DNA of 64,000 bases from Pelomyxa schiedti. Lineage: Eukaryota > Protista > Evosea. The DNA is taken from NCBI GenBank assembly GCA_020536535.1, contig JAHLWZ010000807.1, positions 1-64,000 on the forward strand. The letters run 5' to 3'. Shown piece after piece: positions 24,406 to 38,530 of this stretch (positions are counted from its first letter, which is position 1; each line of letters begins with the position of its first letter). The position numbers and the translations under genes are program-made. Under the pieces are notes generated by a model, which searched no databases, was not told where the DNA came from, and saw only the letters and a program-made list of their open reading frames with translations.

Positions 24406-25682
24406 ATGGGGAACAGCAACACTTCCTCACCGGGGGAAATCGTCAGTCCCCAGCCCGAGGACCACGAGCACAACGATGGACCCGACGACGATATGTTGCG
24501 TCCCACAAGAGGAGGGCGGCCGGATTTCACTACTGTGGTTGTGGACAATGGCACCCACACGATCAAGGCCGGGTTTGCCGGGCACAACTCCCCACGGGGT
24601 ATGTTTCGCCCTATCATTATGGGAGCGAGCTCATCTGGTGACCTGCGAGGTATTTCTTCTGTTTCCCAGCTGTAACTTTGGTCTTTGGTTTTTCCCCGCA
24701 TACTTGATAGGTTTTAACCTTTTTTTTTTAAATAGTTGGTGACGAGGTTCCTGTAAAGTGCACCTCTGCTAGGTGTCCTATGGAGAATGGTGTGGTAACG
24801 AACTGGGAGGATATGGCTGTGGTGTGGGAGCACATGTACAACAAGGAACTTAGGGTTTCGCCATCAGACCATCCACTGTTGATGGGTGAACCTGCTCTGA
24901 ATCCACCCAAAAACAGGGAGAAAATGGTAGAACTTGTGTTTGAAAAGCTCCATGTGCAGGAATTTTATGCAGCAAATGCGCAGCTTCTGGCTTTGTTTGA
25001 CTCAGGGAGGAAAACTGGAATTGTTGTTGACTGTGGATTCCAAAGCTCCCGTGCTGTTCCCTGTTTTGAGGGTTCCTACCTACCTCATACAGTAGGAAGG
25101 TTGGACATTGGCGGCAAGCACATATCTCAGCTCATGGAAAGAGCTCTGTCAGTTACGCCGGAGATTGCCTCTGATGTTGTAAATCAAACAGGTTACGTTG
25201 CACTGAATTTTGAGGAGGAATCAGCAAAGGCTGCAGAAGACCAGTCCTTGTACAAGACATATGAACTGCCTGATGGACAAGTCATCACAGTTAAGAGGGA
25301 TCGGTTTCACTGCCCCGAGGCACTTTTCCAGCCCTGTCTTGCTGATGCACCAGCAACATATGAGAAATGTGGAATCCACACCACCTGCTTCAATGCCATC
25401 ATGATGTGTGATCCCAGCATCCGGTTAGAGCTGTACAACAGCATTGTGCTCAGTGGAGGAGCTTCAATGCTTTCAGGACTGGCAGATAGGCTGACGGCGG
25501 GGGTTGCTTCCTATGCCCCTACAGCAGCCCGTGTGAAGGTGGTAGCACCACCAGAGAGGAAATATGCAGTGTGGATTGGAGGGTGCATTATTGGCTCAAT
25601 GTCAACATTCAGCCAAATGTGGATAAGCCACTCAGAGTATGAGGAAAAAGGCGCTTCGTTGGTGCATTACAAGTGCTACTGA
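24406..25682 (+). CDS. Divergent actin / actin-related protein with an N-terminal extension
   Basis: VVDNGTHTIKAGFAG; intron 24650-24736 gives RVGDE; then NWEDM, EPALNPPKNREKM, SGRKTGIVVDCG, YELPDGQVI, RFHCPEALFQP, IVLSGGASM, PPERKYAVWIGG and VHYKCY. Confidence 0.92.
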
Positions 25683-26066
25683 GTGCAAGCACAGTGTCAA
25701 CACAACAACTTTTTTGTTTGTTATTTTTTCCATAAATTATAAGCCCTTGCGCTTTGTGTTTCGTGATAGTGCATGGATACCACGTGGCAGTCACTATTCG
25801 AGAAGTGAAATTTGCAGCAATTGAGGGAACAAACTTGTATGTCTCTTGGAAGTGGTCATCACGGCAACGACGGTTATTTTCACTTCGTCAATTTTCTTAT
25901 CCAGGTACAGAATTTTTTCTGTACTTCGAGGCGAAAAGGGAAAAAAAACCTTTGGCATAAAATCAAATCCCCTGCGTGTCAACAGAAAAAGCAAAAAAAA
26001 ACCACCTACTCACAACATAAAAAAAAACCCAACATCCCAACCCACATCCAGACCCACCTACAAGCA

Positions 26067-29000
26067 ATGAGCGGACGCGGACGCGGACGTGGACGTGGCG
26101 GCCGAGCAGGATCTCGTGGCGGGCGTGGCGGGCGCGGTGGGGCATCGTCCTCACGCGGGGGGTCGCGCGGTGCATCGCGTGGCGGGTCGAGGGGCGGTTT
26201 TGGCCCTCGTGGTGGAAGAGGTTTGTTTTGTTTCGTTCTGTTTCGTTTTTTTTCTTTTTCCCCCCTAGAAACTACTTGCTCACTCGTGTTTAACGTGTAG
26301 GGGGTGGTCCTGGTGGCGACCCTTTCTCTGGTCTCCCTGGTTTCGATGCGGCAAACCAATTGCAAAAGCTCAAGGATGTTGCTGTGTTCTCCAAGCTTTC
26401 TCCTAAAGAGCTTCGTGTAACAAAGAACGCGCTCCTTAATGTTGTATCAGCCTCTCTTGTCCGGGAGGTAATACTTTAAGGGTTTTTTTTTTGTTTTTTA
26501 ACTTTCTTTTTCCAGCCCAAATTTGATTCCCCTACCTCTGCAACTGTAAAGATAAATATCTTGGTTACACAGATTGCTTTTTACGATCCCGAGTTCATTT
26601 TGAAAGTTGCCCTTTACATGCGAACAGAACTCAATATTCGTTCCACCTCAAATTATGTGGTTTCCTTGGCTAGCAACATCAGACATGTAGGACCAAAGTT
26701 CGCTTTTTGCAAAATAATAAGCTGTTTAGTGTTCGCCCTTCCTTCGCAAATACTGCAAGGCCACAATCAGGCTACCCTCTGATTGGCTTGACATCGCTTC
26801 TACCTACCAGTGCCTCCCAGACAAGACTTTACGTGGGAATGGTTGGTTCCCCAATATCTTTTTGAGGTATTAAACCGCTGCAGCCCTTCCAACGGCTCTA
26901 CGAAAGGCCCTGGTGGATAAGTTCCCTGATTTTGATGTTTATCAACTTGGAAAATACAACAAAGAGAATTCCCTCAAGCGCAAGAAGAAGAAGCTCCGCT
27001 TAAAAGCCGAAAAGGAACCCACCAAGGCTGTATTCCAAGCTGGTATATTTTTCTTAATTTCAGGTTGGAAACTAAACTCTACACAGGTAAACCTCCTGTG
27101 ACGATTAAGCAACTTGTCCGACAGCTCCACATCTCTGAGCCTCCTTATCATGTTATGTGTATTTTGGGTAAGAAGTACCCAACAACAGAAGAAGAGTTCA
27201 AGAGGAATAGATTACCAGGCGAGTTCCAACCCAAACTTGCGGGAACTCGCATGAAATTCCCCGTACCAGAAACCTGGGAAACTCTGCTGTCTCAAAAAGG
27301 CAATAGGGTACAAATTCCAACAGACTAATGCGTATGAGTAACTTTTATTCAGTCCTCAACTTGGGAGGAGCTAATCGAGCACAAGAAGCTTCCGTTCATG
27401 GCAATGCTTCGAAACCTCCGCAATCTAATCTTCACTGGCGTTCACCCACGATACCACAAGTAAGTTAAAGCTTGAAACAAGAGAAACTAATTCCTTTACC
27501 AGGTGGGTAATGAACAAGCTTACTAATGAAGGGACAATTGCTAATAGCAAGCAATTCCCTTTCCGATTCTTCAGTGCTTATGAAGTCATTCCCAAAGATC
27601 TTAATGACTTTAATGAACAGCTGGATAAAATGAACAATCCTAAGAAAGCTGCTGCTAAGGATGGCGATGCAACTAAAATTCGAAGGAAGAAGAAAAACCC
27701 CATCGTCCCCACACACAGACCACAAGATGACCTCTTCGAGAAATACAGAGCTGCCCTCGACACAGCTGTGAAACATGCTACTACCCACAACGTAAAGCCC
27801 ATCCGGGGAAGCACGGTTGTTTTTTGTGACGGCAGTTCAGCGATGAGGGTATGCTTCTCCTTGTGGTTACATCAAATCCTAATTTAAACTATAGGAGGCA
27901 CAAAACCAGTGCGGAGTTGGCAAGTTCAATCAATTGAACCAATTGGGTATCCTCCTTGGCCTTATGTGCAAGTATGTTTGCGAAGACTGCGACTTCCGTA
28001 TCTTTGGTGGTGAAGTTGACGGTTCCCGCCACCGAAGCGTCACGTTGATGGAAGGAACAATTCTAGAAAACATGCGTATCGTCGAGGAATCCAGCAAAGC
28101 TTTTGAAAATGGTGCTGCACAATTCCCATTCGACTACTTTGAAGACCTCATCAAGAGGAAGGAAATAATCGACAATTTCATTGTCTTGTCTCACCACCTA
28201 ATTCTGCCAACCGAAGAAGGAAGTGGGCCAAATACCATCCCCAGCATTCTTCACAAATACCGGCAAGAAGTCAACCCAAGAATGCTATTCGTGAGTGTAG
28301 ATCTAAGTGGAAGAGGAAGCAATATCAGCCAGGGTGATGATGAACACCCCAATGATATCCTTGTCAGTGGTTTCTCGGATGCTATCCTGAGGTTCATAGC
28401 CGAAAGAGGTGATACCAACCAACTGCAGTACGTGGAGCACATTGACATTGCACACAACTTGGTTAAGAAATCTACTGTTGAGGCTGTTGTTTCTCCACTT
28501 TATGCACCCGAGCCCCCCAAAAACCCACTTGCAGCTCTAGAGGCTCCCAAGATTGAGGAGAAGGCTGAGCTGCCGGCTCCTATGAAGATTTTCACCACTG
28601 AAACGAAGTGGCGAACTTGCAGGGTTTTCATCTCTTCCACCTTCCTTGATATGCACGGAGAACGTGATATGCTCACACGGAAGGTTTTCCCAGAATTGAG
28701 GGACAGATGTATGTTTAGCATTGAATTTTCTGCAATCTCACTCATTTCCAGGCGCCAAGAGGCATATTCACCTTTATGAAGTAGATCTTCGGTGGGGTGT
28801 AACCGAGCACGAGACACAACAAGACAAAGGACTTGAACTGTGCTTGGATGAAGTCCAAAACTGTTCCCCGTTCTTTATTGGCTTGGTTGGCAACCGGTAC
28901 GGCTGGGTCCCCAACGAGTACACAGTCCCCGACCACGAGCGCTTTGATTGGGTCAAGTCATACCCGGTAGGCCGAAGTGTTACCGAGCTGGAAATGTACA

Positions 29001-32000
29001 GTGGAGCCATCAAGGATAGCAATCCTCATGCTTTCTTCTATTTCCGAAATCCTGCCCTCGTTTCTGAGATCCCTCAGTGAGTTACCCGCTTTCCTTTTCT
29101 GCTTCTTTAACGTCCCTCAGGGAACACCAGCGTGCCTTCGCCTCCGAATCACCTGAAGCAGAACACCGGATTAATGAACTCAAATCGATGATTCGTTCTG
29201 CTACAAACAATGTGGTTACATACAATGCCTCTTGGAGGGGTATTGTCGATGGCAAGCCTATGACGGGAAATCTTGCTGCACTGTGCAAAAGAATTACAGA
29301 AGACTTGTGGAAAAACATTACTGCGGTATTTTCTTTTTCATGAGTTTATTGAATATGACTTTTCACAGGTTTTCCCGGAGGAATCCGCTGAAGAGTGTGA
29401 CGCTCTTGATATTGAGCAGGCTTATCACGATGCCTTCGCTGAAGACAGACGGAAGTTGTTCGTTGGAAGAAAAGACGTGTTGACTGAATTGACCAAATGG
29501 TGCGATGAACCAGCTGCTGGCACTATTATTCTCACTGGGCCTCCTGGCTGTGGAAAATCTTCCATAGTTTCCGTCTTCGCCAAGCAATACCAGGTTTCAA
29601 CCAATCAACTTTCCAACCATTCTAACATACTTCAGGCCAGAAAACAGAAAGTTGTGGTACTTCCGTTCTTTGTTGGAGCTTCCCCAGGCTCCACTGACAT
29701 ACGACGCGTTCTCAAGAGTTTGTGCATGCATCTTGCAAAACGATTTGGAATTACAGATCCAATTCCAGAAGATTACAAATCTCTTCAGAAGGTAAGATAT
29801 TAGACATATTGGTTTTGAATATTAACACGGTTTTCCAGACCTTTGCGCGCTTCCTTGAGCAGGCGTCTTACATTGCTCGCCTCGTTCTCATTTTGGATGG
29901 TGTAGACCAATTGGACAAGACCAACCGCGCTCACTCCTTGGATTGGCTCCCTCTTGTCCCTCCAGCCAAAGTGATTTTAACTGCTGCTGAAGGCCCAGTA
30001 CTCAAAGCGTTGTCCCAGAGGACCTCTGCTCCAACCAACACTAATACCCTCCTGGCTCCAAAACTTGGTCCCATGCTCGGAAATACTCGTGAAATCGCGG
30101 TTGGGTCTCTCCCAATTCAAGACGCCAAGCAAGTTGTTCAAGGAGTTCTTGCCGAGTATCACAAAAAGTTGGAAGATGGCCCAATGAACGATCAGCTTCG
30201 CGTGTTGCTGAAGAAAGGCGATGCTGGCCGTCCTCTGTACTTGACTGTTGCCTGTGAGGAACTGCGAGTCTTTGGAGTTTTTGAACAGCTCACTGATAAG
30301 ATTAAGTCTCTTCCACCTTCCCTGCTCAAGTTGTACGACGAAGTTCTGGCACGTCTGGAGCTTGATCACGGGCATGCACTCGTTCCTCAAGCGTTATCTA
30401 TGTTGGCCTGCTCTCGTGGTGGACTGAGGGAAGACGAACTTTTGTGCACACTGAAACGAAACAATGACGAGGAAGCCCTTCCACGTGCAGTCTGGGCACC
30501 ATTGCGCCACGCCTTGAGGGTATTCGTGCGTGGTGATGGTGAAGAAACACTGGACTTTGTGCACGCACAATTTAAGACCGCTGTGGAGAAGAAATACCTC
30601 AATCCAGTGAAGCTTCATGGAATTCATTGCGCCCTTGCAGCTTACTTCATGGACAAGGTAGTTGTGAACAATTCTTCACTGTCTCTAACTGTTCCTCAGG
30701 CTGATCCCAAGCACAATGGAACATATCAGGGTGCGTCCCTGCGTGGTGTGTCCGAACTTGCGTACCATCTGACAATGGCGCAAATGTGGCCACAACTTAC
30801 TAATGTGCTCACATCACTTCATTACATTGAGAAGAAGTGCACCATGGGACTAGCTAGCGACCTTCTTGCCGATTACACATCAGCTGTTTTAATGGGTACT
30901 GAAGGCAGATCAAAGGAGTGGGCTGGCATGGATTTAGTGAAGCAGTTCTATAACTTCGTGTCGAACTCTATCCATGTCCTTTCGGCTCTCCCCCATCTCA
31001 CCTTCCAGCAAGTATGTTTTCGTTGGCTATGTGTTTCCTTATAGTTATTGTGCCTTTAGGCAGCAAATCAACCCGACGTATCTGCTGTTGCCAAGGCGGC
31101 TAAGCAGTTATGGGACGATCATTTGGAAAAGAGAGCTTGGATCAAGTGGGTCAACAAGCCCCAAGTTCTTGATCTATGCCGCTTGACTGTTTCTGCTATG
31201 ACCGACGGTGTTACAAGCACTGCTTTCTCTGCGGATGGGCAGCTCATTGTCTGTGCTTCTAGAGACTGTACTCTGAAAGTGTTTGAGGTGGCAACCGGAC
31301 GTGAACTGGCCACCCTCAAGTCACACTCAAGCCCAGTTATCGACTGCTGTTTCTCACCAGACGGAAAGTTCATTGCCTCTGCAGCTTGGGATAACACAGC
31401 TAAGGTTGTCTAACGTCCTGTCAAATTAGAACCTAACACTACCAGATCTGGGACACAACCAACTTCATCGTGGCACAAACGTTGACTGGTCACAATGAGC
31501 GGTTGTCTGCTGTTTGCTTCACTTCCGATAGTTCCAAGTATGTCCTTTTTTTTTTTTTTTTCTCTAACTTGGGTTCAGGGTTGTCACTGCAGCGTGGGAC
31601 AACACCATCCGTGTCTGGGATGCCACCATGGGATCCTTCCTCTTTGAACTGAAGGGACACAAAAGACCCATCAACTCATTGTCCCTTGTTCCAAATGGAA
31701 ATATGATTACCTCAGGTTCGTACTATTTCCACGATTAAAGTTGTAACAATTACACAGGATCTTGGGATGGTGAATTAATCGTGTGGAACTTGGATACAAA
31801 GGAAATGTTTAAGAAGCTCAAGGGACACGAGAAGTCCATCAAAACTTGCTCTTTCCATCCAAATGCCCGACAATTGATTTGCAGTTCCAAGGACGGAGCC
31901 ATTATGCTGTGGGACGCCCAAAGTGAAAAGAGAGTTGCACAGATTGGCTCTCACGCCCTCCCTACAAATTGCAGTGTTTACAGTGACATTGGAGATTATG

Positions 32001-34213
32001 TAGCAAGTGCTAGTGACGACGGCAGTGTGAAGGTGTGGGATGCTACCTTGGGTAAGGAGACCGCTACCGTGAAGCTTGAGGACAATAACATTGGTGCTAT
32101 GGCGCTTAGCCCGGATGAGCGATATTTGGCTGCTGCGCACTCTGATACAACCATTCAGGTTATTTCTCCTTGTTTGGTTGGTGAACTCACTCCGTTTTCA
32201 GATCTGGGACTTGACACTACTGAAGTCAGTCCGTACGCTGCGAAAACACACCCAGGGGGTTACTAGCCTGGGCTACAGACCTGACGGCCGCTTCATTTGC
32301 TGCGCCTCGGTCGACGCAACAATGAGTGTGTGGGATACTAAGTCTTGGGAATGTGTGCGTGTCTTGACTGAGCACACTGCCCCAGTCAACTGTGTCAGTT
32401 TTTCGCCAAATACACCCAGAATGGTGTCGGCTAGCGACGACTTCTCGTAAGCAGCACAGAACTCTACAAGTGATCTAACCTTTATTTAGATTGATCATGT
32501 GGGATACGAACACATGGAAGCCTGTAGCCACTCTCAAAGGACACACTGCAGTGGTGAAGTGCTGTGCCTATTCCCCTGATGGAAAACACATCGTCTCGAT
32601 TGCTCGGTATGAGAGCTCAAACATTCTTTCCTCCTTACTTCTTGCAGTGATGGCACAATCCGTGTCTGGCACGTTGAATCTGGGAAGTTGCTCCACACCA
32701 TGTCTGGCCACCTTGATTGGATCAACTACTGCGCTTGGTCTCCTGACTCCAAGAAGGTGGTGACTGGTGCTTGGGATTTCAACTGCAAAGTCTGGAGTAT
32801 GAAGAAAGGAAGAGAAGTAAAGGCTATGCAAGGCCACGGAGGATCAGTGGAGGTTTGCAAGTACAGCCCAGACGGAAAGGTGATTGTGACTGGCTCCTAT
32901 GACAAGTCGATGAAGGTGTGGGATGCCGAAGGGGGGACTGAAATTACTGCACTTAATGGCCACGGTGCTCGCATTAACTGCTTCGTATTCATCCGCGGTG
33001 GAAAGAGTTTGGTGAGTGCCGCCGATGATAATACACTGAAGGTTTGGGACCTCCTTGCATCGAGAGAGGTTGCCACACTTGTTGGACACAGTGCCTCAGT
33101 CCGCAAATGCTCGTTCTCACCAAAGTCTGAATTGATTGCTACTGCCTCCGATGATGGTACCGTGAAGGTGTGGGACTGGAAGCGTCAAGCGGCAGCTACC
33201 AAGACCGCGGAATCGATGAGACACGCTGGCTCCATAACAAGCTCATGCTTCTCTTTGGAGGGTGATTTCCTTTGCACCTGTGCTTCTGATGGCTCTATAA
33301 AACTCTGGAACACCCTGGTCACAGATGAAGCCTCCCTTGGAAAATGCGTTACTCTTGCCTTGGGTGGTGGGGAGACACCCGCTGTGCGATGTTGTGTCTT
33401 TGCTAAAGGAGGTGTTCTTGCTACGGGAAATGACCGAGGCCTTATTACTCTCTGGAATACCAAGGATTTCACGGTAGTTGGTACTCTTTCAGGCCACACT
33501 AACGCTGTGCGTGGGCTCGCCTTCACTCCTGACGGGAAGCACCTTGTGTCTGTTTCTTGGGATACCCGCGCCATAATCTGGAGTGTCGCAGGCCTAAATC
33601 AAGTTCGCGAAGTAACTGCCCACTCTGAGTGGTTGGAGTGTGTTGACATCAGTCCGGACGGCAGTCTCGTCGCCACAGGTTGATCTCTTTCCCGTGCGTT
33701 ACCAATGTCCTCACAATTTTCTTGTATAGGTGGTAGGGACAACAATGTTCTCCTGTGGGAATTTGCTACTGGTGAGGTTACTGGGTACCTCAATGGCCAC
33801 ACACAATGGGTCATGTCCCTGGCCTTAGGTGGAGATCATAAGATTGCAACTGCCTCCTACGATAACACTATGAGGTTCTGGGACCTTGCTGTTGCAGGCT
33901 ATGGCTCTGTTGCCTGTGAGGGTCACAAACAAGCAGTACGTTCCCGCATTTTGGCAGGCTTTTGTTTTAACTGTATTTGCAGGTTACGTGCGTGAGGTTC
34001 GCACCAAACGGCAGGCACCTTATCACATCGTCACTTGATCACACTATCAAGCTGTGGGATAGCAGCACACCAACACCAAAGCCCGTTCTGGAGTTCATGG
34101 CAGTTTCTCCATGCACAAGTGTTTCTATCTCGCTCAAGGCACAACTCCTGGCTTGTGGTGACCTGCTTGGCAACGTTTACCTCCTCAAGTACACACGCCC
34201 CGCAAGAAGCTAA
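26067..34213 (+). CDS. TEP1: Telomerase/vault-associated protein 1 (TROVE + vWA + DUF4062 + NACHT NTPase + WD40 repeats) with an N-terminal RGG box
   Basis: [46 protein letters not shown] and [14 protein letters not shown] (TROVE); [16 protein letters not shown] and DLRWGV (DUF4062); GPPGCGKSS and ILDGVDQL (NACHT); many GH..WD repeats up to the stop at 34213. Confidence 0.92.
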
Positions 34214-34302
34214 ACTCCCCTTTTCGGAGCCTGAGAACAAAACAAGGTTGAACTGCTTGAAGCGTTTGTTTTTTTTTTTCGTCCCTTTGGGACTTTTGTT
34301 CA

Positions 34303-37300
34303 TCACAAAAAGTAGTCCCATAGCAGGAGCACGGCTTTGATCGATGGCCTTGAGGATGGGTTGCGTTCCAAGCACACCCTCACAATCTCATGTGCCAGTC
34401 GATGAAGGCGCCAGTGATGAAGGTTTTGTGTTAGTCTGCGAGGCGCTGTGGTTATGGGTGTGTTTTGTGGTTTTGGAGGAGGAATGGGGAATGGAGTGAT
34501 GCAACCCCTGAGGAGGTCCCGGCCGATAACCCACGGGCAAAGGCGGGGCAGGTGGGTGCTGTTATGGGATGTGTAGGGTGTGAAGAGGTATTTGTTGCTC
34601 CTGGTTGGTGTTTTTCCCGACGTGAGGTGGGAATATGGCTGTTTTAACGGGTACAACAGCAGGGATGCTGTGATTCCTTTGGACAATGTCAATCAACGAG
34701 CTGGGAATTAGAGAGATATGGGAGTTAGGTTTACCAAAGCCCCAGACATCGGCCTTTGTGTCAAACGTCAGTCCGGAAAGAACCTCCGGGGCACAGAAGT
34801 TCACATCCTCTGGCGAAATTGGCGTTGAAGCCGGCATACAGTAGGATCCAAATAAGAGGGTAACCGGTGTGTGGGGAGCCTTGATCTGAATTCCCTTTGA
34901 CGAAAAGAAAGGATGATTGTGAACGAACGAACCTTTGCCCAAGGACCGGGTCCAGATTCATCCAGTGACAGAACAATGATGTTATCTGTTTGCATTAAGT
35001 TTTAGTTGAAGGAGGTGTCATGTCATGCACATACCAGGCGAAATTTTGGTGTGCACATTTGGGGAGTTCGGGCCATTGTGAAGGCGATCTAATGCCTGTG
35101 CCACATCCTTCAGAATCTTCAACCTCGAACTGATTGGGAGAACTCGGTCGAGGATGGATGTAGTCCCATTCCCTTTTCTGATGAGTGAAGTCAGAAGCTC
35201 ACCCAAGCTGATGCATTGGTCAATATTGATGTATGACCCAATAATTGCCCCTATTGCAGGCGGGATGATGGGTCTTGGTGATCCTGGTATTTTTATCTCT
35301 GATTCAGAGGGAGTTGTATCCCGATGAAGTGCCACAATGTTGGGGGCAACTGATACAAGATCAACTTCACAATTTCCATTTTCACACGTCAACTTGTGTT
35401 GCCCATTTTTCACTGCATTGAGGATGTGCTCCTTGTGGAAGTAAAACAAGTTGGATGGCAATGCGGATGGTTTGTCATTGTCAGTCCACTTATCCGGTGA
35501 AGAATTGCCCTGCATCAGGCAATGGGGACAGGGGAAGAGCTCAATAACCCCAGGGAATGGTGCCCCACTTTCTTCCTCAAATCGAGACTGACTCAGATTG
35601 TAAAGAGTTCCCATAAGGGATGCCCAGAGGTGTTCTTGCTGTGGGTGTTCGTTGCACTCTGATCGCAGGTAAATCGAAACCATGTCATCTTGGAATGTAA
35701 TGAACAATAGGACTTGTTGTTCTGATCCTCCATGTGAGCAAGAGTATGAGAACGAGAGTGCATCCCTCCAACAGAACTTGATAACCCACCCACTAGAGAG
35801 AAGAGACCTTGAAATACTTGAAATGGCTTTGAAGAACAAGTCATGAGGCAACAATGGGAGTTTGATCGATCTCCCATTCGATGTGACCGGAGCAGTGAGG
35901 GAAATGTCAGCGTGAAATTGTTTTAGTATAGCAGGGGGGATAGTGTGAACCAGAGGGAGAAAGGAGCGGTGTCCCTTGACGATATGAGAGAAATTTGACA
36001 GGGTCTTGTGAACATCACCAAACTCAACCAAAAGTGACCCTAGCTCATTCATTGAGGGGTTTTTTCTGTTTTGTGGCTCTTGTCTATCCGTTATTATGAA
36101 CTTCTGGAGCTGAGCCAAAAAGGAGTAAGGTTCGACAATGACCAATTCAGGTAGATGTATTGGTACCGCGTGTGACAAGAGCCAAAAAGGATACCTGAAG
36201 TGAACAATGGTCCCAATGTCCGCCAAGAAGTTTGCACACAGCTCAATCTCCAGTGCTTTCGACATACCACACCTCCTGGCCAGCTTACAAAATTGAGTCC
36301 AGGTAAGTAAGAACCTTTTGTCCCTACGTTGTATAACTTTCTTGTTCAGTGCAATCCAAGTCTGTGGAACAGACTGGGGAATTCCATCACATATTTCACC
36401 TTGAATAAAGTCAAGGAGTGAATATACACATCTGGGTTCTTCTGCTCTATGAGATTTTTCATACTTCCATCCCTTTCCATTGCTGAGTTGCAGCAGGAAT
36501 GCAATAGGAATGTCTTCCAAAATAAAAATTCGATTCATGAGGTCGGTGACATTAGGGGCATTTGGGTCAATTCCCTCCATGTGGGTTCCAACAGGGATTA
36601 TGCTCCTCCATGCCTTGTCACCGCGGCTTCTCGCAAATGAGATTTCATTCACCCAACGATAAACTGCCATGGAGGGTTCCTTCATCTGCAACGCCTTGGA
36701 TACATCAAAAACGAGGATGATTACGGACCTGCTGAGGAGGAACCATTGGTGAAGCGGTGACAGAGAATCCCCTCCTGTGTGTTTTATGAGTATCCCATGA
36801 AGCAAAAAGGAGCCATACCAAGGTCCCAAATAGTCATATTGTGCCCAATTGTAGTGTTACGTGTATGATGCACAGCAATAGCGTGCGTGTGCTTTGTGGT
36901 AAGTGTCAGCTTTTTTGTACTCTCCATGAACTTCAAAAGTGTTGTCTTCCCAACACCAGTGTCTCCCACAATCACAAGTTTATGTGTGTTTTTCTGAATC
37001 TCGTTTTGTCTTTGGTTCACTGTGTATTCCTTTTTTTCATTTCCCAATCTCACATTGGGCATTTCAACCAACCACTTGGGAATCTTTTTAAGCTTGTTAT
37101 TGGAGAGGTTGAGCGTCCTGCACGTCAAAGGCCTCAATGATTCGGGAACAGACTCCAATTTTAAGTCAGAAAGGTCAACGTTCTCAGATTCTGTGAGAGA
37201 CCGAGAAAGGCACACAACACCAAGAGCAGCCTCGTTCCTTGTTTTCACCCAGGTCCTCAGTGCCATTGACACTGTGAAGAATGGGAACTGCGGTCGGTAG

Positions 37301-38248
37301 TCGTGCACTAGTTGCATGATCATGTGGGCTGTGATGACATCAGCACATGTGATATCTAGAATGGCCGGTATCACAGGAACCAGAACTGGTTGAGATACAG
37401 GCAGTGTAATGTCACTGAAGTGGCAAAAGGTTATTGGCGTTTGGCACAGTGGGACCTCTGGGGATTTCGCTATTACTGACAGAAGGGTGTCCAGAGTTCC
37501 CAGTTTTGGTGTCCATTTCAACATTTTGTAAGCACAAAACTAGTGTATGTCAGAGTATTTTTACAAAATAAGACCCGGACATTAAAAGCCATATGAATGG
37601 GCAGCAGTGTGTGCTTCACTCTATCTGTTTCTGGAAACTGCGCCATTGTGTCACTGCAGTCAAGAAGTAGGGTTACACATGATAGTGGAACCTTAGCAGA
37701 TGCTTCTGGGAACCTGCTTCTTGACATACCGATCAGATCATGCAGTATCCTGCTTATCGCTCCACAGGAATCCCTGTACTCACCAGTGTGAAGGATCAGC
37801 AAGACTTTTTTACCAACCCTGACAGGTTTGGTGAGTGGGACAGAGAAAGTTGATTTTTTCCCCATTGGAAACTGGGACAGCCATACCCATAGCAAAGTTT
37901 ATTTGCTATAACTGTGGAGTCACAGTCCCCAGAGCATCGGTAGAAGAAACACATCTGTTCCGGGTGATTACAGTCCCCGGGATCCCACAATGTCAGCTCG
38001 TTACACGTCTGTGCCATGCTAGACATCACGACTTTGTTGTCAGAAATCTCTTTCTCTGTATGTAGTGACCTTCCCCCCTCGGATTCGGTCTCAACAGGTC
38101 GAGCCATTCTATTGAGCTTGATCCATTTGATGTTAATGTTGATGCTTGCTTGTAGTTCGCCGGCACTGGCTACAGCAGTGAACACAGAGTCGACACAAGG
38201 CTTGGAACCAACAACGAAACACAGCCGATTCTTCAATGCACCAGCCAT
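34303..38248 (-). CDS. Roco-family protein: degenerate N-terminal GTPase-like region, LRR, Roc, COR and truncated pseudokinase
   Basis: LDLS/LNLSNNKLKKIP (LRR); KLVIVGDTGVGKTTL, IWDLG|G and VGTHME (Roc); VPQTW, FLADIGTIVHF and CWRD (COR); LKILKDVAQALDRLH..VHTKISP|DNI, FCAPEVL and DTKADVWGFG (kinase C-lobe). Confidence 0.8.
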
Positions 38249-38530
38249 TGGGAATGATTAAAATGCGTGGTTGCTCTTTTCACAAGAGTGAACTGCTCTT
38301 TCCATTCGGAACCTTCCATCTAGCGTAGTAGTGGACTTTTCGTGCTGCCCCCCAACCGGTATCACTATCATCAAAATATCGATTCTTCTAATGGGAATTA
38401 CACCGTAATCAAGGGGGGATTTGCTGTTCGTTGGGAACAGCAAATCCAGAAGGCTTTGTATTGTGGTCACTAGTTTCGTTCCAAAAGGATAGGTAATAAG
38501 TCGATTTTATTTACAAGTGGGTTGATCCTC

